A DNA stretch of 64,000 nt from Lepidodermella squamata (lineage: Eukaryota; Animalia; Gastrotricha): positions 992,001 to 1,056,000 of the forward strand of contig JBLDXI010000034.1 of the NCBI GenBank assembly GCA_047495785.1. Reading direction: 5' to 3'. The notes below the pieces were generated by a model. That model saw only the letters and a program-made list of their open reading frames with translations. It ran no database searches and was not told the origin of the DNA. Both the position numbers and the translations under genes were made by a program. Of this stretch, positions 1 through 13,809 are shown piece by piece; position 1 is the first letter of the stretch, and every line of letters starts with the position of its first letter.

Positions 1-3000
1 AAGCGAATACCGGGTATAAATTATTTCAAAATAATGCTCAGGTAATCACAGATTTATTTATCAGCTCGGCGCAAGTTCATCAGATCTATCAAATTGCATG
101 AAGTCGGTGAGTTGTTTCATCTAATAGAGTTCGGTACTCGACTTTACTGTATTATATCCATACAGACTGCCAGATTGTGCTACCGATTCACGACAAATGT
201 GGCAACATGTCGACCGGGCAGTCCTGGCTGTGCGAAAACAGACGAGATCATGGTTAGTCGGAATGGATTTCGTAGATTTTCAGATTTTTAAATTTTGTTA
301 CCAGAGTTCTGAAAAAATTTGAAAAAGACAACTTGTGATTTGCCGCAAAATTTTCGGAACGCTTCCCAGTGGCATTAAATTTGAGCCTTATTTCTCATCA
401 TCCTCAGAGATATTTTTAAATAAAAAAAACATGAGTTTAAAATTTTCATTTTAAATCGTTCATATCTAACCTAAGTGCAATGATATGATTGGTGTAGCTT
501 TAACGATAAGCCTTCATTTCTAGATCGGCCCGTCTTACAACGGATTCTACCCACTGAAAACCAACATGAACAATTGTAACACGGATTTGAACGAATTTCC
601 GGTAATGCGATACGACCTTTTTGCGAACTACCAAAGACTTATCAAATGAATAGAAAAAGAAATTTGACTCTTGTGTCGATTCGGCTCAGCAATTCTTCAC
701 CTGCATTCCGAGCAGTTTTTCTTGTCCCAGCCCAACGGTCATTTTTTCCTTGGTTAATTGGGCTCCTTAAAACGGCTCTTGTTTCTTTACTTATAGGTAA
801 AAGCAAAAACAGGCTTCACAGGCTTGGACGCGTGTCTTCAAAATTTCGGCGGTAATATTGTCCTATTTGATACTTGATTTGGCGTTTATTTTTGTTTCAT
901 TTTTTCTGGTCAAAAATTCTTTTTTTGTCGTGTGGCCCAAATGATGTAGAATCCTCGAGCTTGAAGAGGAGGGAAATTTTGATATTTCGCTGAAATAATG
1001 ACTCCCACGGTCATGGGGTATTAGAATAGAAAATGGACCAGGAAAGTCGATTGGAAAATTCAACAAAATTGACTAATTTAGATAGAGTTTCTACGATGGT
1101 ACCCCATACCGCAATTTCTGCATCTCTCTTAAATAATTGAGCAACAAACTTTCTTTTAGGCTCAGCTGCTGATTCCGTGAAGCCTCATATTCGCTGTTTC
1201 AATGCCTCAACTAACGCGTTCACTGGATGCCGGCTGAGCAGCACGAAATGCCTGTCAGGGGAAACCGCGGAATTTTCAACTGGCGTCTACAGGAACAAAG
1301 CTACTTGCTTATCATGGGTGAGTATTTGAGTTGGAGTATCTTCCAATTTGCGACATTTTACTGCACTCGAAAACAATGGATGAGTGACAAAAAATTAACC
1401 AAAACTTTTTTGGTTGTTAGGTTTTTGAAAATCATCAGGCGACCTTCGCGACCTCCAGCTGACTCGGCGACCCCTTCGTGGGACCCGATCCCAGTTTGAG
1501 TAGTCCTTGTTAGACAATTCGGAAATGTATCGGCCTCAAATCGAAATAGAGGGCGGGAATCGTTATTCTAAGCTTATTTCGGTATTTAAAGATAAGTATA
1601 TCAGTTTTAAGGTATTCATTTTGCCCGATTACCCGGAGAAATTTCGCGATTTACCGAATTTACTTTTGCATTCTGTACTTCTCCAAATTTGCTTATTTTC
1701 TATGTCGTACATTTCTCATCATTTCTGTAACCTTTTAAAGCCGTTAAGCGTATCTAGTCGAAATTTCAGGTTAGTATTGATTAACAAGATTTAATATGTA
1801 GTGTTTCAAACCTATTGTTTGTGCTATCTGTATAGTTTATGTTTGATTGGGATACTCTGTGAAACTAAGGTTTTCAATCGGTGTGCTTTTTCTAGAATGC
1901 TGCTCAGTGCGAAACGCGAACTGGCAAGAAGTGTTACAACATCTGCCCAGAAGGCTCCACCCAAGTAACTAGCCCGAATACTTGAATTTGACAGTATCGT
2001 CTTTACTGGGAAAATTAGGTGAAAATGTTCTCAAACTCCACATTGTTTGCTAATAACTACGCAAGCTGTTTGGTTGACGCGAGGAAGTACTTCTTTTCGC
2101 CGATTCCGATTATGGATTTTTATCACCAAAGACACGCATGTAAAAATGCGGGCGGGCGCCTGGCAACATTCCCTACGCCAGATAACATGGCTGTTGTCGT
2201 ACAGATGGCGGGTTTAAATGATACATTCGTTGGCATTGTGGCTGATTTCAAATGGGACGATGGCAGTCTTGTTGATATGGATTCGCCATTCTGGGAGCCT
2301 TGGTCGCCAGCAGTTGCGGGTCAATGTAAGTCTCTTGAATTATTTAACCCTCACAGCGTTCAGGCATCGAAAACGCAATAGCTGTTGTGTGGGAAATATT
2401 CCCGATTTTGTCTATTGGTTGTATTGTGATCCTGCTGTTCCCTGCGGTTGTAGAAGGAGCCCATACTTCTTTACTGGTCCTATTAATTTTCGCTTAGGTA
2501 TGCGCGTGTCGCGACAAGGTATAGCGGATGAAGTGTGCTTTTATTCTAACTACGGTCTGTGCGGGAATGTAAGTAGCAGAAAATGTGAGTTGATGCTTGT
2601 GACGCGATTGTTGGTTTTCAGACGACAGAAAACTTGGTACGCACGGCAGCAAAGGGTACGCGAGACGAGGTAGCGAACGCCTGCAGAGGCATGGGAAAAT
2701 CGCTGGCGATTATCAAGGATCAGGCGATGTTCGGCGCCGCTAAAGCGCTCGCCACATCCCAAGACTGGCCGTTCATCGGCGGGAAACGAGCGGACCCAAC
2801 AACATACTCCTGGATCACGGGCGAGCCGGCTAATGCTACCTTTCTCGGCATTCCACAGTCGTCAAATAACAGGATGCACTGTGAGTGAGAAGCGACGGAT
2901 CTTTGATTACTACAATCTCCACGTTTTCTTTTCCAGGTATGTTCGCGAATAAGAACGGACTCAAGTTTGACAGTTGCGCTACATATGCACCCGCCATATG

Positions 3001-3013
3001 CGAACGGCTTTAA
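1..3013 (+). CDS. Multi-exon Cys-rich-repeat / double C-type lectin protein, paralog A (5' end lies outside the window)
   Basis: GT-AG exons read by eye include 166-252 (TARLCYRFTTNVATCRPGSPGC), ~654-737, ~797-851, 1160-1317, 1896-1964, 2019-~2326 (HACKNAGGRLATF..FVGI..FKWDDGS), ~2498-2568, ~2622-2880 (ACRGMGKSLAIIKD..YSWITGEP) and 2937-3013 (AICERL*). They match the paralog at 19.6-22.5 kb exon for exon. Confidence 0.8.
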
Positions 3014-4563
3014 GCACCCCGGTCCTCCTCGGTTATCCTTCTAATGAGAACAAACTGTCATCTTTGATGTCGCTAAATGACGACTTTCAAACCGGAAATT
3101 CGTTGTGTTTCTTGAAGCTTAACTTATTCGTCTCAAATTGAACGTATGGCTCATTTAATTTAACTAGACTCTACAGGCGCCAAGCGGACGCTCTGGGCGT
3201 TATTGCTAGAATAATTGGATATTAGAAATAAAAATGTTTATTTTTGAGCACAAAATATTGCATTAGCCACAGCAGCAGCAAACCTTTGAAACTGATTAGA
3301 ACGTTGACGGTAGTTCAACGGGTACAATAGGGTACAATAGGAAGGACCTGCTGTGATCTTTATACATCCCACGAGCTACGATAAGGGTCCAAGATTCGGA
3401 GCAAACTTTGCTCATCCTCAAGCAGCATGTAAGAATGAAAATTGCTTTATGCGCTGCCGTATTCAAATCGAAATTTCGCTATATTTTGGGCCCAATTCTG
3501 CCATGCTTGCGTCGAAATTGAGACAATTCTCGCATGTATAACGGGTTGAATTCGTGAATGGCGAAGTTAATTATAAGTTATAAGTCAGACCCATGATATT
3601 TGACTCGATTATAGCCGAATTTTTTATTCATACATATTTCGTGCTGAGATAACAAGTTAGAGTTTCAACGTTAAATTCAACGTTAAGGGTTAGCTTAACT
3701 CGAACTTTAACTTAAGCGCAGTTTAGCAGTTATGTGTAATGTTTCGATCAAGCCCACACCATTTTTGCTTAAACGTGGCGCGTAAAAATTGTTATCAATT
3801 GGTTCACTCTGGATACGGCTTCGAAACTGATGCATTCTTTATTTGCGATTCGATGCCATGCAACTAGCCTGGTGCCGCGTGCTATGTTTGGTGTCAGTTG
3901 GATCCTGGAAGAACAATTTGACCGTTAACAAGGGAAAATTGGGATTTGGCGAATTTTCTATATTTTCCAGCAAATCGCAAGTGTTTACTTGGATAAGGAC
4001 GATTCTGAAATTCCAAGATTTTAAATTTCCAAATTTCGGACGTGTAGAATGCTCCCATCCTCCTTAAAAGACGGGAATCCTTAGACTGTAAAATCGCTTA
4101 AAAGTAGCATCGATTCAGATTGATGTGGAGACACTAAAGCTTGATTCCGCCAACATTTTCGAATACATGTCTAGCGAAATTCCTCACGTCAGATTACCCT
4201 TAAAAATGTAGACTGCGCATAACGAATGAAGTATACTTTAAATGCCCAATTTCTCAGCAACCGTGATGACTGTCGACCTCGTTTTGATATCGTTAAACTC
4301 CTCGTTCATTGATCTTGTAAACGACAACAAAATCTCACGATGTCAACAATTTCGAACGAAGTTTCACTTCTTAACGGTCATTTACCCTTTATACCGGTTT
4401 GCTCTCCATTGGGAGCTTAGTGTGCCTCAGCCATCGGCGCACTACTGAAATTAAATTTGGGTTTGTTTGGAGTTTCGGAGCCATTCGCCCAAATTTTAAT
4501 GTAAGCTGCAGAATGAAAGATGCTCAAAAACAGTGTTGCAGGGAGATCGAAATGAGGCTCGTT

Positions 4564-4731
4564 CAGTGTGAGCAGGGGGTCCCGGGTCACCGTACGCCCT
4601 AGCTCGAGAGATCCAGTCAAGAAAACACACAAAAATCCACAGGGAAACCCTTTGATCAGATCAATTCGTGACCGAAAATCGAAAAAACCCGAAAGTACAC
4701 CCTCAGCTTGAGGTTCCTACTTCGCAGTGTG
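4564..4731. mobile_element. hAT-type MITE family copy (reverse orientation)
   Basis: Ends ..ctcagcttgaggttcctacttcgca and contains ccacaggg, the reverse complement of the family block ccctgtgg. No TSD is visible. Confidence 0.6.
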
Positions 4732-5164
4732 CGTAGTCCCCGCAAGCCTGTCACGCACTCCTTACTCTATAATTTCTTTTATTTTTTTTTCTGTGTAAGC
4801 GGCGTATTTTTCACAACATTTACTAAATGAAACCCAACCCAGCCTGCACATAATAAAAATCAGAGAAAACATAGCAAACGTGAATTTCCACAAGTACATT
4901 ACCGCAGAAAAACATCGAAAACTGACCGGAATTCAATCGCCAGTATATCAGTTACTCCCGACTACGGCTACCCCGAAAAAATATAAATATTTCCACGATC
5001 GCCACTCACGCACGCGCTATTGATATACGTGGTTACATCTCAGAAAAATAGCTAGGTATAAAAAAAGTAGATCGATTTGTTTACACAAGTTTTTGTAATA
5101 CCGATTTATGCTCATTGGGAGAATTGATTTCTTTATTTTTTCCTTCGATTTTTCAACCGAAAAA

Positions 5165-6223
5165 ATGGGACATTATTCTCGGCTGGCAATGTCACTGAAG
5201 GCCTTCAACTGCCTAGCAAGTTTCGCCTTCCTATACGCCGTCGCCGTGGCTGTATTCGGCTTCTACCACGTATCAATTTGCATGAACAAATGCAGCCACA
5301 AATTTCGCCTCGACTCGGAGGTCGTCGAACACGGCCCGCGGCCAAGTGTTGGCACGAAGAAAACAATCGCCGACGAGGACGACATCGAACGTTACAAATT
5401 ATGCGTCGCCTCTTGCTACACTGACGTCTCCGACCTTCGCCTGCCGCTTTTCGTCGCAATCCTACACATTTGCATAACCCTAGGCCTTACTAGGAAAGAC
5501 CGTTTCCTCAACAAAATTGATTGCTTTGCCGTGTTTCTAATTTTATTACTTGACCTGGCCTGTCTAGGCCTGGTGACCTACTTATTGCTGCGCGTTAAAT
5601 TGCATGGCGATGAGAGTCGGCTTAATTTCGACGAAAATAAACACGTCTTCCTTAATGGCAAGCCCTATATTAAATTTGGCCTAATTTTAACCGCCGCAAT
5701 AATTACCGCATTCATTGCTATTGTCACGTCAATCACTCGAATTATTATCGCAATGAGAAATCCGTTTATCAAAGAATCTAAACCCCCGTTATACGAGGGT
5801 GAATTTATTTATAGATTTAATTTATTAAAAAAACCTTACCTGGCGTTATTATTGAAATCACTAAACTGCGGCCTTGCCCTCGGGAATTTAATTTATTGCC
5901 TATTTTTGTGGTTTGAAGAATTCGCTGAGGGCGATCACCATTTAATGTATGACTTTCCGTTCCTAACCTGGCATTTAGTCATGTGCTTCAGCCTAATTTT
6001 ACCGACTCATCGTTATAAGGACGCGTGTGAGGTTCGTTTGACCCTGGTTATTTATCTCTTCGAAATTTTCGTCCTAATTGGCTTGATTGCTATGTCGCTA
6101 TTCAACGTTGCTGGGTCTGATCATATGAGAAATGCGATTTCAATCTCAAGTCTTGTTATTTGGCTCATTGATTTCGCTAGCCATTCTTTCCCAGGATGTT
6201 GTTGCACCAGGTCAAAGCGCTAA
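5165..6223 (+). CDS. Intronless multi-pass membrane protein (about 8 TM, internally duplicated 4-TM module), unknown family
   Basis: 371-aa ORF, with the likely start at AAAAATG 5165. About eight hydrophobic segments, and the two halves are similar (SLKAFNC vs LLKSLNC). Confidence 0.75.
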   Translation: MGHYSRLAMSLKAFNCLASFAFLYAVAVAVFGFYHVSICMNKCSHKFRLDSEVVEHGPRPSVGTKKTIADEDDIERYKLCVASCYTDVSDLRLPLFVAILHICITLGLTRKDRFLNKIDCFAVFLILLLDLACLGLVTYLLLRVKLHGDESRLNFDENKHVFLNGKPYIKFGLILTAAIITAFIAIVTSITRIIIAMRNPFIKESKPPLYEGEFIYRFNLLKKPYLALLLKSLNCGLALGNLIYCLFLWFEEFAEGDHHLMYDFPFLTWHLVMCFSLILPTHRYKDACEVRLTLVIYLFEIFVLIGLIAMSLFNVAGSDHMRNAISISSLVIWLIDFASHSFPGCCCTRSKR

Positions 6224-6520
6224 AAAATGAAATCTTCAAAGAAAATTTCTGGAAATATTTGTCGGTTTTTAATTAGAAGAATATTTCCCATCGAATGAGT
6301 ATATGGTCGACTATGGAAAATATATTAACATTTTTTGTGCGCAAACTAATTATTAAGGTGGATTGAGTGCGCGCACTAGAAAATTATTAGCGCGCATTTT
6401 ATTGCTTATCATTGATTGTTTTATTTTTAATATCGACTTTAATAAAAATACAGCAGTGTGATGAAAGATAAAATTGAAAACACATGTGAATATTTTTTTC
6501 TCAATTTTTCTCCTTGATGT

Positions 6521-8660
6521 TCAATACATCTCCTTCGCTTCTTCAACGCTTGTTTTCGACGAGTATGAATTGTCTTGAGAATTTGTTCGAGATTGCTCTT
6601 TCGCAGCAGCCGTGTCCTCATTTAGGTACAGACTGCCGATTAGAAATAAACCACCGGCTATTACGACGATGAAAGGTGATACGAAGAGACTATTTTGCAT
6701 CGATAGAAAATCAGCGTGCAAATTTATTGAGCCCGGCTTGTCGTGAGCAGTCATGTGAATCCGTAACAGATCTGATACCTGAAAATTAATGAGAAAAATT
6801 CAATAAAATAGAACTTTTAATAAATTTTCGATTTGTTGATTTTTTTGAAATTTACTGAAAATTTTGAAAATTTTAAATGATTTTTTGAAAATTAAAATGA
6901 CCCATGAATTTATTTTGAAAAATCGGAAAAAAATCGGAAAAAAATAGGAAAATAGTTTAAAATTGAGGAATATTTTTTTTTGCATTTTTTCTTACCATTC
7001 CGGTGATGTAAGGACTCAGCGCGTCGCCAAGTAGATGCGAAACTGCGGACATGAAGGCTGAAGCTGTGGCTCGCCGTGTTGGAATGATGACGTTCATCGT
7101 AATTTCTGATATCAGCACCCAACAACAGCACATTGATGCGATGCCGAAAAATATTAGCAGCCAAGCAATAAAAATTCCATTCATCTAAAATTGGAAAAAA
7201 TGCATAAAATTCATTAAACAAATGATATCCAAAATTCAATTTTTCCTGTATCTTTTTAAATAAAAAGAAATAAAATTAATTTATTAATTGCCCTTAAAAT
7301 AATTAAAATTTCAGGTGCGTAATTTTTCTACTAATTAATCATTTTTTATATAATTTATGTCGATTTTTACCTGAATCGCTACAAGGGCGAAGAAGAGTAA
7401 AGGAGCGGCTAAGAGCATGCTGAGTCCGCAAATTATTCCATCAGCGGAGGGTCCAACGATCGGCTTCAGGATATTATTACTAGCCAGAGCTCCACCCACA
7501 ACACCAGTCATGCCACTCAGAATGGTTATAAGGCCGAAGATGAAACCGATCTCGCTATCGCTAAAAAAATTGAAAAAATATGGATTAAATTCAAAATTAT
7601 TTCATTTAATTTTCCTTATCATGTTCAATCCTAATTATTAGTTTCAGATTTTAAGGAATTATTTTCAATTTTTAAGCTGGAATACGAAATTAATACAATT
7701 ATTAAAAAAAAATCGCAGAAAAATTCAGAAAAATTATGGTAAGAAAATTCGTTAAAATCACAGTGTATCTTACTCTTTATCCGGCGCTGTTAGGCTGAAC
7801 ATGCGGCCCATCAAGTAGGGTGTCCAATAGCACAGCGCCCCCGTCGCATAGGCGACACCCACAAAGGCAAGCGTAGTCAGCATAAACGACCGGCAAGCCA
7901 TAATGCTCGAGACATCGGTAAAAAACGACGTTTTCGCCTCGTACTCAACCGCATGCTCGGCCTCACCGCGCTTCGGCTCGCGCACAAAAATGAGGAAAAA
8001 TACTAGACAAATGGCAACCGGAACCGGGGTCAACCGGAACACCCATCGCCAGTCGTTCAACTCAACAGCTGTAATCGAGGCGAGAATATAACCCAGCCCG
8101 CAACCGATTGGAATCGCGAATTGGAAAAATGTGAACACTAACGTTCTAGTTTTGCCTACGAACATATCGGCGATAATTGCTGGGCCGATATTCGAATAAG
8201 CCGCCTCGCCGATGCTTAACATACCCCTAGTTAGTACGAATAACGTAAATTCGCCATTTGGGACGAAACTAGTCGCTAGGCCGCTGAGGTTGGAAAATAG
8301 CAGACTGGCGACTAGAATAATTCTCCGGTCGAATCGGTCGCCTAAATAGCCGAAAATAGGCGAGGCGACAACGTAGATGAGCTCGAAAATTGTTTGTATC
8401 AACCCGAGTTGCATGTCATTGAGGCTGAAATCGGTTTTCAGCCGCGCGACAACAGGCGGTAATGTGTAGCGGTTGACGTAGTTCAACGCGTTGATGAGAC
8501 AAATTATGAACACGGCGATTGCGAGGCGGCATTTCGAGGCGAGAGGCGTTGTAGTCGCAGGGTGCGTAATTAAGGTGGACGGGCGCGTTGGCGGTGACCC
8601 AATTAGCGGCTCTCCGGCTTTATCAGGACTTTCAGCACTAGCGCCATCTGTAATAGCCAT
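6521..8660 (-). CDS. spns: Spinster-family MFS transporter, 4 exons (8660-7774, 7560-7371, 7184-6996, 6778-6521)
   Basis: Motifs INALNYVNRYT, FGYLGDRFDR, GEAAYSNIGPAIIADMF, AIPIGCGLGY, EPKRG and SHLLGDALSPY..G.VSD are typical of SPNS/Spinster. The exons join in frame at GT-AG sites. Confidence 0.9.
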
Positions 8661-10606
8661 GATAATGTCTAGATCGAGATTGAAATTGAAATAATATAAC
8701 AAATTAGCGAAAAAAACCGCAAAGATAGTGTGAAAATTTTCGGCGAGTGTGGAGGTGAGTGGGAACAATAGAATAGAGTGGGTTTAATTGATAACAAAAA
8801 AATGTGAGCCGGGAAAAAAAGGTGTAACGCATTAGCCATTGTGTTATGGCGTAATACTAAAAATAAAAAAATTGACATTTAGCAGTGGGAAAATTACCGG
8901 AAATACAACCTTTGATGAATAGAAGTTCTTCTTATGTAAACTGGTTTATAGAAGAAATATGTTTGAAAAATATTATTTTTATCGCATGAACATCTGTTGA
9001 GATGAAGGTCCAATGAACGCGTGCATTCTAAAATTTTATTACGCTCTGAATAGCTCAAAAATATGTGCAGAAAAATACGAAAAATAATTCAAGAATTCTG
9101 TACAAAAATAGCGGAACATCCTCATATTTATTGAAATAATTATCTAATTTTCTTCTAATTATCCATAGGAAATTCAGAGATTTTCGCTATCTTATCTAAT
9201 CTTATTTTAGTCAGATCCTTCGGCAATAAAACAATTTTGAATGCAGTCCTAATTATTTCGTCAAAGCAGGCGTGACCTGGCAAATAACTTCAAGGAGTTG
9301 GAAAAATTCTGAAATATTCCTATTCAAGAGCTGAAAACATGCAAATATGTCGCTCCTTTAGAGGAAAAACTGGTTAAATGAGCAAGGCAAGCAAAAAACT
9401 GAGGATGTAGGACGGAGAGGAAATCAATTTTTGGTATAGGATAGCGAACATTTTGCTATAGGAAATTTACCAGATATGCGCTGGAAATCCTAGTAAAACA
9501 GTTTTCCAGCCCTGTCTGGTAGATTTAATTGGATGTTTTGGTAAATAAAAGATTAATTAAAATTATAATTGGATTTATTACATCGAAACATCAAATTCCG
9601 CTAGTTTAGCATACAAGATTTCAGGTGATTTTGGAATCTATACCTATTTCTTGTTTTACCATAAAAAATGGATGTTTATTGCGGAACCAAAATTAACCGG
9701 AAGCAGAACCAAATTTTGAAAAAAATTATTTTGCCCAAAACAGCATTTTCTAAATTTTCTGAAATTTCTCGATTAATTTGAAAACTTCAAAATAAATTAC
9801 GCTGAAATTCGCGTTGATTTTCTGTACAAGGCCTTGTCCTTATTTTCAGAGCGCGACTCAAGCCGTGATCTAGAAAAATTCATCGAAATCGCAACTTTTT
9901 ATTATTTTGAGTTTGGCCTCAACTTTTTAAAATTTAGTTCCGCTAAAAGATATTCTGTAAAAAAATTTGTCGGATTTTTGCTATACGTCTGACAATTTTC
10001 GGGTAAAAATGACTATTATCTAAAATCCGATTTCGTTACCGGAACCCAACTCTAAATTCGCTTGCAAATTGTTTATATTTATTGGGTATTTTAAATAGGT
10101 ATGAATAAATGTATGATTAAATTAAAAGAAATTACTGTTAATTTTATATTTAAATTTAAACACTTTGAATAGCTGGTGTTTAGAGCATAGTTTGAAATTA
10201 AGTTCCGCTATATAACGATGCTCTATTAAAAAATCCTAAATCGATGGCAACAATTTGAAACCAAAACGGACGTCATTAAAGATTTTGCGTCTAAATAAAC
10301 CACATTTTAGAAAATTTCAAGGACAACACGAAAAATGAGGCTGAATTAGTTCCGGATGATGAAAAATTGGCATTTACCGCCTAATCTTGACGAATATGCA
10401 AACTCAAGTCGTGATGATGTGAAGAGTCCTATAGTCGGCGCGTAAGTTGTTTGATCAGGGCGGCGCTAAATAAACTCAGCAGCAGCAGCAAAGACCGGAG
10501 CTAAAAGACCGGAAACAACGTGTAAACACGCAAGGTAAACAGCACGACGATATAGATTATAAGCCGATTAACATCTCTATTATTTTTATTATAATCATCA
10601 TTATCA

Positions 10607-13600
10607 TCATGACTTGTTGTGAATAGCTGCGTGGAAGCTCCATTGAGCAATGCCCTGTTTGCCCAGCCATATGGTGATGATCAGCGGGACAAGGCACAAG
10701 GTACCAGTGAAGAAAAATGTGTAACCATGTAACAGCCCGACGATAGGGTTACTATGGTCAGATTGCTCGGGTGTATTCTGGACTAGGGCGGCGTAGACGG
10801 CATTGAAGCCAACACTTGCGCCGAGGATGCACGCGTTTTCGACTACGGCAACGGCGGAGAATAGCCGGCCTTGGTCTTCGCCTTTCGTCAGTTTTGACAT
10901 GCCAGAGCGCAGGCCGACGAATGCCATAGGGCCGAACATGTTGATGGCGGTGTAGGCCCAGGGCGCGTATTTCGGGTAGAAGTCGCCCAGGCCGATGGCG
11001 GCCATGCCGAGGATGCGGCTCAGGATGCCGATGATTGATATTGCGGCGTCGGAGAATGGAAATAGGCCGCAGCAACAAGTCATCCTGTGTGTGTGTGTGT
11101 GAGAAAATTGAGAATTTAGTATTAAAATCAGCCAAAAATCAGCCTTTGCTCATAAAATTATGAAATTTAAACCACCGATAGAGTAGATGGGTTTTGATTT
11201 TCCTGTAAATTTTCAGAATTTTCCTGTTTTAATGCAATTTTTTTCTATAATAAAAAAAACTAAATTCACAATAATTTATTTACACCATTTTCCGCCTGTT
11301 TTACAACTTTTTTCAATTTTTTATTCTTTTTTTTTAGGAGAGGAGGAGAGTGAAAGTAAGAAAATGCCCATGCAAACTTAATTCAGAATTATTTTATTCC
11401 TAATTCCTACCACAATATTAAGGGTCCCAAACCGACATCCAGCCGACTAGGAACTTTTTTTCAAAAATTGATCCGTTCTCCAATCACCCGATATATTGTA
11501 AAACTAAAGAGGATAAGGCTGGATTTTTTTCTAGAATAGAATACCAGACCAAAATACCAACATAAATCACCCTAATTGGGGTGGGGCTTTAACTTGTGAA
11601 TTCCTCTTAGGGCACTGGGAGGTGGCAATTTATCTGAATTCATGCTTAAAAATCACTATGAATCCACAAATCTGATTTTTTGAATATTTTTCCAGGTGGA
11701 ATCCAGAATTCAGCTCTCAGCGTGACCGAACTCGTACACAAATTTGTGAAGCTCTGCACCAAACTCGATTTTCTTAGAAATGTTGTTGAACTTACGATGA
11801 ATTATGCAAATTTTATCGTTTTATTCATATTCATGCCGTAGGTCAGGATATTTTTGAAAAATCAATTTTAAGCTTTCATAAATATTTCAATTAAAATGTC
11901 TCTAAATTTAAATAAAAATTTAATTCTCACATGCGCCTTAACTATATTTAGCTCCAAGTTTGGGCCAAAACTCAGCCAAAAATAAAAAGTGTAACTCGGA
12001 CAGACCAAGAAGTTTTAATAGTTTTAAAAATATGAATATTCATAAGGTGCTAACTAATATTCTGAAGCTCTCAAAGTTGATAATAATGTCAGAAAAATTC
12101 CGCAACATTGTTTTTGATATTTTGTAACCTTATTCTAAGTGCTCAACTTTTTCTGCAATTTTTGGCACTTAACTAAGAATGTCCTAGTTTCATGACATCT
12201 CATGAATATATTCATATCATCAAAACTATCCCCCGTTTCTTGGAGCTATTTTTGGAGCTCGTGAAAACGGCGTCATTTTGGTCTGTTTTGCTGGAGATAA
12301 ACAGCCTCATTTCGCGCGTGCTAAAAATGCTAAAAATCTCAACCAGCGTCGCCTCAATTTCACCGTGCGGATCTTTTGATCTTCGCCGTATTTTCAAAAT
12401 AAATAAAATAAAAATTTCAATATTTCAGAAAAAATTGAGAAATCGGATTTCTAATACCCCTGCTGATTTTATAATCTACGCCTGATTTTTTGGCAAATCA
12501 AAGGCTGAAGGCGGTTAGGAATTCAACTCAAAAACAAAATTGAAATTTTAAAGGCTGAACATCAGCCATTAAACAACAAAATTCCAACATCACGGATGTC
12601 TGAAATCGACTGAAATCGACTATCAGATCTTCATTGGAAAAATTATCAAAATAATTTTTACCTCAAAAACCGGACAATGATCAGCAGCGAAACACCATTC
12701 AACGCGAAGTAGATCGTTTGGAAGATCGCATATTCAAAATTCGTAATCGAAATAGGCTGATGGGCCAGGAAAGCGTACGTCACAGCCTGCAGCGAGAAAA
12801 TGCCGATGAAAGCTGCACAAAACGTGTACGTGAACAGCATGACCAATCGATAGCGGGACGAGTCCGTTTTAACGTTGAAAATCGCCCGAACAGACTCTAC
12901 GATAATGGTCTGCGGGGCGCAGAGGAAACGGCACCAAGAACCCCTTGCATCCTGCCGAACCCTGAGAGCTACGTCTTCGATTTTCCGTAATTCAGGCACA
13001 AAAGCGAAGGCAGCGACAATCGCGTACAGGTTGATGGCGATTTGAATTGAGAAGGCGAGAAGGTAATTCCCGCTGCTGAAGAAAAACGCATTGAACAGAG
13101 CCCCGAAGGCCTGGCCTAGGACGACCATTCCCTGAACCACCCCGAGCCGGACAGTTCGGTTCTTCTCGTTGGTCACGCTTGAGATGTACGAAGATCCAGC
13201 CATGATTTCAGTCGCTGTGTACCCAGCCAGGCCAGTTATCGTCGAAACCGCGCCGAGGTACACCGGGTTGAGATTCTCGTTCAGCCAAGGTATGTAGTAG
13301 TAGAGCAGGTACAGGCCTGTGCTCAACACGCCGCCGATATGGGGCAGGATCAACGGGAATCTATGCGAGAATCGGTCGCACCACATGCCCATGACAATGG
13401 TTGACAGCATAGCGCATGGCCAAGTGCAGAGGGATGAAACTGTGCTGAATGTTGCATAGTCCACCTGTACAGCGTTCTCCTGATCAGCGTACTCGGCTTG
13501 CTTATCGATTTGTGCGCATAGTGCTGCGTCTTTGAACTTGAACAGGCATATACGTTCGTAGAGAAATTCCTGCTGAGCCGGGCCGAATAGCCCCAATGCG

Positions 13601-13809
13601 ATGAAGTAGAGGAGAAGTGGAATTTCGACGCTGATTAACGGCGCGGTTGGGGTGGGGCGGCTTTCAGGCGATTTCTGCTGCTGCGGCTCGACCATGGTCG
13701 ATCGGCGGGAGATGTGGCCGGTTTCGATGTCATCCGGAGCTACTACGATGTAGGCCTCCTCGTCGCTTTCAACTTGAATGACCTCAGTTTGATTTTCTTG
13801 AGCAGACAT
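10607..13809 (-). CDS. SLC46-family (PCFT-like) MFS transporter, copy 1; 2 exons (13809-12662, 11084-10607)
   Basis: Motifs QQEFLYERIC, E..VQ, GMWCDRFSHR, SYISSVT..NRTVRL and RSGMSKL..EDQGRLF. A phase-2 intron at 11085-12661 joins the two ORFs in frame. Confidence 0.88.

Noticed and set aside
9468-9522. Imperfect hairpin taccagat..ctggaaa / tttccag..tctggta as an ncRNA
   Set aside because: Short, imperfect and single-copy, so it cannot be distinguished from a transposon remnant or chance.
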